32,507 nt of DNA from Candidatus Poseidoniales archaeon (GTDB taxonomy: Archaea; Thermoplasmatota; Poseidoniia; Poseidoniales; Poseidoniaceae): assembly GCA_003602665.1 (NCBI GenBank), contig QQSG01000058.1:1-32507 (forward strand), written 5' to 3'. Made by a program: the position numbers and the translations under genes. A model generated the notes under the pieces. That model searched no databases. It saw nothing but the letters and a program-made list of their open reading frames with translations, and had not been told where the DNA came from. Positions 17,869 through 26,700 of the stretch are shown here, in pieces; position 1 is the stretch's first letter, and each line of letters starts with the position of its first letter.

Positions 17869-18309
17869 TCACCACTCCTCGGGTAAATCAATTGGGGAAA
17901 AGAGTTGGCCCGGGCCATTGGCATCCGCAAGTTGTTGCCGTACCAGTTGTTCCCAAGAACGAAGAGCAAGTATACCTTCGATCAGATTCATCTCAGTCTC
18001 AATGAGCGTTACTCGTATCAATGTTGAAAGAATATCCATTCGGTCTTGATCTACAATCTTCAGAACTTTCTCGACATCGAATGCTATTTGAGAATCTATT
18101 GTTTCATCAGGCGATGTTATTGACCAAGGATTAGCAACTTTCTCATTAATTTGCCCACCGGTCAGAGAAACGTGTTCATTCAATGAAGTCATCATTCCTT
18201 GGATGTGATGTTGTAAAACAAGCGCTACTTCAACAACAGGCATCGTCAATTGGCCAATCAAATTCACCATGCGCTCTTGCAGTGTGACCATCGCATCTGT
18301 TTCAGACAT
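17869..18309 (-). CDS. Hypothetical cytoplasmic protein (146 aa), translationally coupled to the 1798-aa surface protein gene
   Basis: ATG start, only 9 nt after the stop of the upstream giant gene. A GAGG motif lies inside the 3' end of that gene. It has no TM or signal peptide, is acidic and helical, and I recognise no family. Confidence 0.55.
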   Translation of the reverse strand: MSETDAMVTLQERMVNLIGQLTMPVVEVALVLQHHIQGMMTSLNEHVSLTGGQINEKVANPWSITSPDETIDSQIAFDVEKVLKIVDQDRMDILSTLIRVTLIETEMNLIEGILALRSWEQLVRQQLADANGPGQLFSPIDLPEEW

Positions 18310-18318
18310 AAAAACGCC

Positions 18319-21300
18319 TCACTGAGTGAGTGAATCGATATACTGCCATCCGAAATGGTTCCATTGTTCTTCAGTCCAGCCAGAAGGTAGCCCTGTTGGA
18401 GGAATAGGAGCAATTCCTCTAGGGTCACTTGTTTGACTTACTGGTGCTGGAGTAGATACTTGTGCAGTGACAGTTGGTTGCTGTAGTGGCTGCGGGATAG
18501 GTTGAGGGACTGGTGGTACTGTAATTTGAGGTACGGTTTTCATTTCCATCTCCTCCACGACAACATCCGTCTGGTCCGACTCGAATTCTTCATCACCGTA
18601 TTTCATCTTACGATACATAACTAGCATCCACAAAAATGCAGATAAGGAAGCAATTGCAACGAGATACATAAAGATCGCAAATTGACTATCACTGGCTTGC
18701 TCAGCAAGTGCATCACCGTCTCGAACGGTTTCTTTCTTAACGATGAGAGGATCGACAGTCATTCGATCCATTTCAACCCCATCAACGGTAACGAGTAGTC
18801 GATATTCCTGGGATTCACCAGGACCAACTTCCGCAATCACCGGCAAGGAAACAGATGCGGTTAGACCAGCAGCGACTGGGATTGTCGTGTTGGACTCTGC
18901 GTTCCAATTACCACCTTCAACCAGGCGTTGAAGGATAAAGGAAAGTTCTCCTTTTCCACCTTGATTGGCTACACTTATTTCCAATTCAGAAGAAGAACCT
19001 TGCACAGGACTTGGATTACTCCATTGAATTGAGGTATCTTCGTTATTGAAAGATACACTTGGACCAAGGAGAGCCAGTGGCCATGAGGCAAAGGGTTCTG
19101 CAACATTGTTGTTCGATGTATCAAATGGATTTCCAGAAGCATCTGAGCCTGAAACCCAAATATCAACAACATATGATGGCAAGAGGGTGGTTGCCCCCAT
19201 GTCAGTCAAGTCAATGTTTCCGGTCCAGAAGAACTGATCACCAAATGGAAGTGTCTCAGGAAGAACTGACGCTCCGCGTGAAATCTCAGCCTCACCTGCA
19301 CGTATTCTGTAGTGAAGAATCGCAGGTCTGTCCAAGTCAAATCCATTATCATCAACCGTTTCTAACATAACGAGTAGAGAGTTTGCTTCTCCAATTGAAA
19401 TTGGCGAACCTGCTGGCACTTCATTCAACATGACAGTCTGGATGGTCGGGTTTGAACTATCAACAGCCAATCTTACCCTTGGGAGAGGATCAGTTTCATC
19501 CATTGCCAAACCAGGTAAATCAGCTAATTGTAGACGGAAATCAAGATGCCCGCTATTTACTGATGGGACCAAGAGGTCGAGACTGAATTCTCCGTTCGTT
19601 CGTGGTGAAGTTTTCCAAACGTTGTCAAAGTCTCCAAAGACAACATCGAATGCACCAGGAGGTGCTGGGGTCTCGTCTTCGCTGAACAAAACACGTCCAG
19701 TTACACGGAGAGCCTGTCCAGAACCAATCAATGTTTCTTCGACTTCGTCATTGTAATGATTTGTTCCGTCTCTGAGTTCTACTGCCTTGATGTGTCCCGC
19801 TTCAGTATCAAATCTGAAGTCATTATCGAGACTCCATGCATTGTTTCCAAGACCTGAAACCTTTGTGAAACAAGGCGTATCTTCTCCCTCGTTACAAGGC
19901 TTATCAGTTACGCGGAGAACTGGAACAAAGAGTGTTTCCCCGTCAGTATCAAAGGATTCTGGGAACGACCAAGTCAATTGGAATCTCGCACGAATCAGGA
20001 GTTGACTTGCATTTCCTTCAAACGTTGAAATCTCAGAATACAGGTTGGATACTGCAATGAATTCCCCACCTGATTCAAGGTGAGCCTTTGGCATTCCATT
20101 TTCATCTTCCTGAAGTTGGATGAAGATTGAGGTTTCCTCATCGTTTACATCTTGGCCAAGTGCGAATTGAACAAACTGAATGTCTTCCCAACCATTACGG
20201 TCCGAGAGAACGACCTGGGCAGTATACATCACGCCTGGATGGAGTGGCTTTTCATCATCATGTCCGACGATACTTGAATTGGTCAAATCGACTTCTGGCT
20301 CAAACTCTTGACGTATTTGATACGTCGAAAGATCAGCATCCCAACTAGGCATTACCTGACCGGGGGCATAGCCACAAACTTGGGGAGTCGGTGGACACAC
20401 AGGGCCACCTCCCATTGCAACCTGATTATTTTGCCCGTCTTTGCCGGTGACGAAGAAGGAAACCACTTGTCCATGTACAAGCATTGAGTCATCGATGAGG
20501 CCGCTAAAGATGTTCAACCCACCTGCAATTGTTTCAGGAGAAGACAATGTCTTCTGAGTATATTCGTCTTCTTGAGGCAATCCGTCAAAGTTGAAATCAT
20601 GGCAACCTAAAGCCACAGTTGATTTACATCCTATCCAATAGTGAAGGCTAATTTGTGTCGGTGGGTCAACACTGTCTTGAATGTTAACAGTAAGACTCTG
20701 ACCACCTGGTGCAGGAGGTCCAACATGCCGTTCTTGACCATCAAACGGGAGAGCACCAAGCACAAGAGGAGAATTACCATCAAGAACCAAACGAATTGTA
20801 TTGTATCCTGGATTCGAATACTCAGAGCCATTTGGCAGATTAATAGCTTCGACATAGAAAATCATTCCACCCGGTGTGGATTCAATTGGAGATTCAAAAG
20901 TCAAATTGTAAGAACCAAAACTTGGATTTGATTCTTGAGCAAGAATAACTGGTTGACCTATTGGATCACCATCATATGACACGTTTTGTCCAAGGACACG
21001 TAGTTCGAATTCTCCAGCCAGTGGAGATAATTGTGAAGACTGAAAATGGATTGTTCCGAGGAACGAAATGTTCTGTCCACCTCGAACCCAATCTTGTGTA
21101 AACAATTGCCGCCCATCTTCATCGAAGACCTGCATTCCATCGAGTTGAATATCGTTTTCTACACGGAGTTCCATCTTTTCAGTATCCCAGTCCGACACAG
21201 CAGTTCCAAAGGAGTCTTTGACAGTAAGAATCGCTTCTGTAGCCTGTTCATCATCCCAAGACCAATCAACAGTCACTGGAATCCGAATGGTTCGCACATC

Positions 21301-23715
21301 GTTGCTATCGATTGAAGAGGTACAGTTTGAAACATCGAATTGAACGATTCCATCTGCATCATCAATGGAACTACATGTATCCCCTTGTTGCCACTTGAAG
21401 GATGGATTTTGACCATGAGAATTATTGAGAGCAGTAATGACTTCAGTGACGTAATTCACCTCATCTCCATGTGCAACTTTAATGATTAGATTTCGGGCAA
21501 TACCGTCTGGAGCAGCCATGCCTCCTTCGAAAACAGCACTAATGGCGTGCGTATTCATCTTGTAGGACACATCTATGTTGGTTATTTTGACACGTCCAGC
21601 GGTTTGTGCTTTGATGGCGAGTGGTACTTCAACAAATCCTTCTCCATTATCTGGTATAAAATCGTTAAAAGCGTCCACAAGAGTTGGTTGGAATTCAACA
21701 TCTTGACCGACGATTGAGTCATCATTTACGTTAATAGACGATTCATTCAGGAAAAGAATACTCTTCCAATCAAAGACACCATCATAGCCGACATCGATTT
21801 TTGGCTTGTCCGGATATCCTTCTTCATAGAAGAGTTCCAGACTATCTAAAACTGGTGTGATAAACGGATCTGTTGTCGTCATTGAAACAGCATAACGCAG
21901 AACATTACCTGCCCCATCGGTTGAAAAACTTGTTTCAACCATATTTTCTGCGGATTGCCATGTTGTTCCATCATCATTGGAAACCTGAACCGTGAGGGTC
22001 GTGGATGGGTCTTGTGTAGCAGTCCATTGTGGCCGAACTTTACCCACCTTTGTACCAGTAGGCTTAGCGGGAGAAATCCAGGTTCCGCTTGTTTCGTATT
22101 CAGTAGAATATTCTAGATCAACCCACCAAGATACAGCAGTAGAACCAATCAGAGTCGCTTTCCAGACGAGCTCGGTCCCTGGGTGTTCGAAATGAACGGT
22201 TGTATTGGATTCGACTTGAACCCAGTGAGTACCGTTGTCAGCAGATACCCAATAATCAACTCGATCGCCAATGGAAGCAGCAGACCACAATGTTTCCATG
22301 TTTACCGCAAGTACGTTCTCGACAGTATTGATTACAGGACCAAGCCATGTCGTTGTACCGGGTGCTGGCGTCGTCTTGTATGTCCAACTTGTACCAAACT
22401 CGTGATATGAAGGCGTACTTGACCACGTCGAGTATCCTGAATCAACAGTAAGGAATCGCTGGCCATCATAGAATAGGCCATAACCAAGCGAGGAAATACT
22501 ACGAATAGAATTCTCTGGGATCAGAGCAGTTGCTGTTCCTGAACGACCCCATGCTTCAAGTTGATCACGGTCATTGTAATATTGACCGTCTTGACATCGC
22601 ATGAAGAAATGTGTTTCGTTCATTTCTAGACCACGTGCTTGTTGGTTGGTTACACCACACTGCCAAATTGAAGAAGAGGAGGTTTGGAATGTGAAGGATT
22701 CGTCTCCTCGTTCAAGATTCCCGGCGTCATTCAATTGATAGGATTGTATTCTTCGATTCTGGTTATGCAAAATCCAAATGGTGTCATCGACTGGATCATA
22801 CGTAATACCAGTGTAGTCGCCGTTTCCTTGTGGCTGGAATGAGTTGATACAAACCCATTCATTTTCGTTTGAGATATCAAATTCTAAGACTCGGTGGTAG
22901 AGTGTATTCGCAGTTGAACTGTAGAAGTATTTGTAGCCCGAGAGGACGGCGAAAAGTCGTTCATCATCTGTTACAACCCAATCTCTGAAGCCATATTGAC
23001 CATAATAAGATGAGGAATGTTTTGAGGGCAATGTACATCCGTTTTGGTCGAGTGTAATGATGCTCTCACGTGTTCCATTATTTGGATACAATCGATGAAC
23101 GATGTTGTGAAAAGAAGTCGATGACCATGTAGAGAGATACAACCAATCGTGATGGCGAAGAACAGCTCCTTGTCCTTGAGCGTTCAAAGAGTTAGGGGCT
23201 AACTTTCGTTGTTGGGAAAAGAGGGCATCCGTTGAGTTTGATGTGTGAGGTTGGCGAACTGCGTAAGTCCCATTATCCAGCCAAGCAGTGCTGGAGGGAT
23301 TCACATCCTCGTCCATGCTGTGTGCATTAAAGGCCCGACTAACATTTGCCATAGCAAGAGTCAAGTCAGAACTTTTGTTATCCGAATTCGATGCTTCACC
23401 AGCAACCCAATGATCTCGAGTCGTGGTCGGGATAGAAGACCAACCTGTTGCTGATGCTCCAGATAGGGTCATTTGAACATCGGTTACTTCCGCTCCCTTT
23501 GGAAGTGATATCTTAGCACCGCTGTCAGCATTTCCGCCTTGATACAGTGCAATATATTCAGTCGTTCCATCACTAAATTCGTAGGTGTGTCGTGCAACTT
23601 CTGCAGCTTCTGCATTTTCGATCCAGAGTTCACTGAATGGAGACATGCTCATGCCCATAAATAGGGAAAGAAGCAGCGCTGCTATGGTTCGCCTCGAGAC
23701 AAAGTTTGCACTCAT
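18319..23715 (-). CDS. Giant membrane-anchored surface protein (1798 aa): signal peptide, beta-propeller-like N-terminal region, many beta-sandwich-like modules, C-terminal TM and a 97-aa Pro/Trp-rich cytoplasmic tail
   Basis: ATG start. The signal peptide is RRTIAALLLSLFMGMSMSPF. The propeller-like repeats include GITYDPVDDTIWILHNQNRRIQSY. There are numerous NxS/T sequons. The TM helix is FAIFMYLVAIASLSAFLWMLVMY (about 18613-18681). The tail reads VPPVPQPIPQPLQQP...PPTGLPSGWTEEQWNHFGWQYIDSLTQ. Confidence 0.85.
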   Translation of the reverse strand: MSANFVSRRTIAALLLSLFMGMSMSPFSELWIENAEAAEVARHTYEFSDGTTEYIALYQGGNADSGAKISLPKGAEVTDVQMTLSGASATGWSSIPTTTRDHWVAGEASNSDNKSSDLTLAMANVSRAFNAHSMDEDVNPSSTAWLDNGTYAVRQPHTSNSTDALFSQQRKLAPNSLNAQGQGAVLRHHDWLYLSTWSSTSFHNIVHRLYPNNGTRESIITLDQNGCTLPSKHSSSYYGQYGFRDWVVTDDERLFAVLSGYKYFYSSTANTLYHRVLEFDISNENEWVCINSFQPQGNGDYTGITYDPVDDTIWILHNQNRRIQSYQLNDAGNLERGDESFTFQTSSSSIWQCGVTNQQARGLEMNETHFFMRCQDGQYYNDRDQLEAWGRSGTATALIPENSIRSISSLGYGLFYDGQRFLTVDSGYSTWSSTPSYHEFGTSWTYKTTPAPGTTTWLGPVINTVENVLAVNMETLWSAASIGDRVDYWVSADNGTHWVQVESNTTVHFEHPGTELVWKATLIGSTAVSWWVDLEYSTEYETSGTWISPAKPTGTKVGKVRPQWTATQDPSTTLTVQVSNDDGTTWQSAENMVETSFSTDGAGNVLRYAVSMTTTDPFITPVLDSLELFYEEGYPDKPKIDVGYDGVFDWKSILFLNESSINVNDDSIVGQDVEFQPTLVDAFNDFIPDNGEGFVEVPLAIKAQTAGRVKITNIDVSYKMNTHAISAVFEGGMAAPDGIARNLIIKVAHGDEVNYVTEVITALNNSHGQNPSFKWQQGDTCSSIDDADGIVQFDVSNCTSSIDSNDVRTIRIPVTVDWSWDDEQATEAILTVKDSFGTAVSDWDTEKMELRVENDIQLDGMQVFDEDGRQLFTQDWVRGGQNISFLGTIHFQSSQLSPLAGEFELRVLGQNVSYDGDPIGQPVILAQESNPSFGSYNLTFESPIESTPGGMIFYVEAINLPNGSEYSNPGYNTIRLVLDGNSPLVLGALPFDGQERHVGPPAPGGQSLTVNIQDSVDPPTQISLHYWIGCKSTVALGCHDFNFDGLPQEDEYTQKTLSSPETIAGGLNIFSGLIDDSMLVHGQVVSFFVTGKDGQNNQVAMGGGPVCPPTPQVCGYAPGQVMPSWDADLSTYQIRQEFEPEVDLTNSSIVGHDDEKPLHPGVMYTAQVVLSDRNGWEDIQFVQFALGQDVNDEETSIFIQLQEDENGMPKAHLESGGEFIAVSNLYSEISTFEGNASQLLIRARFQLTWSFPESFDTDGETLFVPVLRVTDKPCNEGEDTPCFTKVSGLGNNAWSLDNDFRFDTEAGHIKAVELRDGTNHYNDEVEETLIGSGQALRVTGRVLFSEDETPAPPGAFDVVFGDFDNVWKTSPRTNGEFSLDLLVPSVNSGHLDFRLQLADLPGLAMDETDPLPRVRLAVDSSNPTIQTVMLNEVPAGSPISIGEANSLLVMLETVDDNGFDLDRPAILHYRIRAGEAEISRGASVLPETLPFGDQFFWTGNIDLTDMGATTLLPSYVVDIWVSGSDASGNPFDTSNNNVAEPFASWPLALLGPSVSFNNEDTSIQWSNPSPVQGSSSELEISVANQGGKGELSFILQRLVEGGNWNAESNTTIPVAAGLTASVSLPVIAEVGPGESQEYRLLVTVDGVEMDRMTVDPLIVKKETVRDGDALAEQASDSQFAIFMYLVAIASLSAFLWMLVMYRKMKYGDEEFESDQTDVVVEEMEMKTVPQITVPPVPQPIPQPLQQPTVTAQVSTPAPVSQTSDPRGIAPIPPTGLPSGWTEEQWNHFGWQYIDSLTQ

Positions 23716-23764
23716 TGATTACACGCAGAACTTGGAACATTATCAAGCGTTCCGTTCCAGGACA

Positions 23765-26700
23765 CTAAGTGGTTTGACGAGAATCATACCGGATTGGGGA
23801 ACTTTCACCCCGACTTCCGTCCTGTTCATCATCATTGACTTCAAACCAGTCAACCATCCAGTCGCCATCAGTATCCCACTTTGTTGGGTCTGTTCCTTCA
23901 GCAACGTGATCGTTGTTGTAGTCTAAGAGGTACCAGCCCAACTCATGTTCTCCGACGGAACGGACAGGAGCTGTATTTGGAGCACCTGTGTAGTAAATTT
24001 CCCATGAATCTGTGAGATTACCTGCGCATTGAATTACGTGATTCGTAGCATCTTGTACCAAGAATTCGACATCATTGTCATCAACGAGATAAGCATATCT
24101 GAAATCATTACTTTGGGATTTATCCATCTTAAGATAATTTTTCACACCTTCATCCCATTGGCCAATACCGAGCATTAACGAACGGAGTTGCCACCCTTCC
24201 TGTACAACTTGACCTTCAAACGTCAGGCCAGACAATCGAACCGCATTCGGGCTTGAGAGAGATTCGGTTGTTATACCGAAATACTCTTGGAAATTTGTGT
24301 ATGGCTCATAAGAACATCCAGCTCCTGAACAATCCCAATTTCCATCTTGATCAGGGTCATAATTTGCATCGATGGCATCACGTGGGTCCATCGTAAACCA
24401 AGCAAAATCAAGATCCGGTCGCTGCAAGGTTCCAGCATTCAGCGATAATGGTAAGCAGGAATTCGTAGAGGTATCACATGCCCCTCCAGTTGCAGGATCA
24501 ATCCAGACTACGCTAATTTGGAGATAAGAAGAGTAGTTGTCGTTGGTCTCATTCCAAGCTTTAGCATACTCATACCAATCTGGAATCATGTCACCATCAG
24601 TATCGTTATCCATTGGATTTGTTCCATATTTGAACACTTCACGACCATCTGTCAAGTTGAAGTCTTGGTAATGTTCTGTCACTTGGCCATTACTAACAAT
24701 CGTCACATACGATTCTGAGTCTTTGTCGCTATCGTTGAGATCGGGTCTGGTCTCGTTATCCCACTCCATCCAGTTTGTGAAAGGAAGTGAACCAATACCT
24801 GGTTGAATAACTTGAGAAGATGGGGTGAATGTACGGGCGTCCCAATCACCTTGGACAGCAGGTACATCAAACACAGTACGCCCATACCAGCCATCAGAAT
24901 CACCATCATAATTGACGTCATATGGATTCAATGGATTTGAAGCCCAATGGTTTGCAGTCGTAGGGTTATCCATGCCGTAAAGGGCGTAACAATATTCCCA
25001 GCCATCAGGAATTCCATCAGAGTCTGAATCGGGATGTGTTGGATCTGCAACACCAACAAGGGTTCTGTTGAAATTGTTCTCATTGTACGAGTTAATCGTA
25101 TTCATTCGACTTACAGAGTCTGGTCCTTTCGCCTTGAAATCATCAATCAATGATTGTCGTGCTTGAAGAAGTGAAAGACCTTCTTCTTCCACATATGCGT
25201 TCATTGCATCCTCGCCGAAGTCAACAATACCAACCGATGCAGGCACTGAACTTCGATTGAGATATTTCCCCCAAGTTCGGGACTCCCATTCCCTTAAGTT
25301 TGAGAAACGTTCATCCAAGTCAATGGTCCCATCCTTATTGCAATCATAGCTGTCACCATCAGAATCTAAGTTGACATCCGTTTCAATTAAAGGATTTAGC
25401 CCCCAACGGTTTTCGTTAAGATCCCATGAAGTGAACCAGTATTCAAATCCGTCATACATGCCATCATCATCAGTATCAGGGTTGGTTGGATCGGTCATAC
25501 CCAGCAGAAGAGAGATGAATACATTCGGAGGTTCGCCAGACTGCCATGCATTGAAATCATCGAGTAATCGCTTCCCACGGGAATCTTTTGAGATTAATAT
25601 TTGGAACACGCGTTGTGCCTTTTTCGTTGGTTGTTGGACATCTCCATCGACGTGCATCAGAGGCGCATCAGCAGGAGCAGATATTCCATTTTCAGGATTT
25701 GATGTTGCTAAGGCGAACTCCTGCAAGTCAACCAATCCGTCATTGTCGCTGTCAAAGGTTCCATCTCCTGCGACAACTGGATTTAATGTCCATGTCATGG
25801 CGGAAATGTTCCAGGCAGTAAAGAGTAATTCCAATCCATCAATAATGCCATCACCATCAGTATCGACATTGTTTGGGTCACCTGTTGGGCCACTAATGTT
25901 GTATTGTTCTTCACTGATGAAGGCACCAAAGGATTGAGTCGTAGAAGCAGAAGGCCATTGTTGGAAGGCATATGCTGAACCCAAAGTTGTTACAAACCAC
26001 TGTGGTGATGAACGGTTTGCGTTCGTTTCTGAGAGTGCTGAATCAATGAGATTGTATTCTTCCCAGTTTGTCATTCCATCATCGTCTGCATCGAGCCAAC
26101 GGTCACTTGGCTGAATTGGATTAAGCGTCCAATCATCATCAAGTATGTTCCAACGAGCAAACCAGATTTCCCATCCATCAGGCATTCCGTCCTCATCACT
26201 ATCAGCCTTGAATGGATCACATGCACCCTTTTCGAGAGGGATTTGTGTTGCAAGTATTGCACCACTTGCTCGTTCTGCAAAAGTAGCTTCTGGAAGGCCA
26301 AAATCACTGATGTTATCGAATAAGTCTGTGTGGAAACCAGAAGGTAGTTCCATACCAGAAAGTGTTTGATTGTTGAGGAACAAATCAGTTGAGATATGAT
26401 ATTCAAGATAATTTACAAACATCTCACTCGGTTCCAAAACTCCGTTTTTGTTCACATCATATCCATCGCCATCTGGATTTTCGAAAGCATCAGAACCGTT
26501 CATTGGATTGACGCCAACTCGGAGAGGTGACCAAGTGCATTGACCGTCTGCTTCCCATCCATCTGGCAGAGTATCACCATCAGAATCAAAGAGATTCGGG
26601 TCAGGTATAGACCAAGTTGCTGCAGATTCTGGACTCTCCCCATAATCTTCAAACAGGTCACCTGCAAGTCCAGCAAGTCGAACTAACGACCATTCATACT

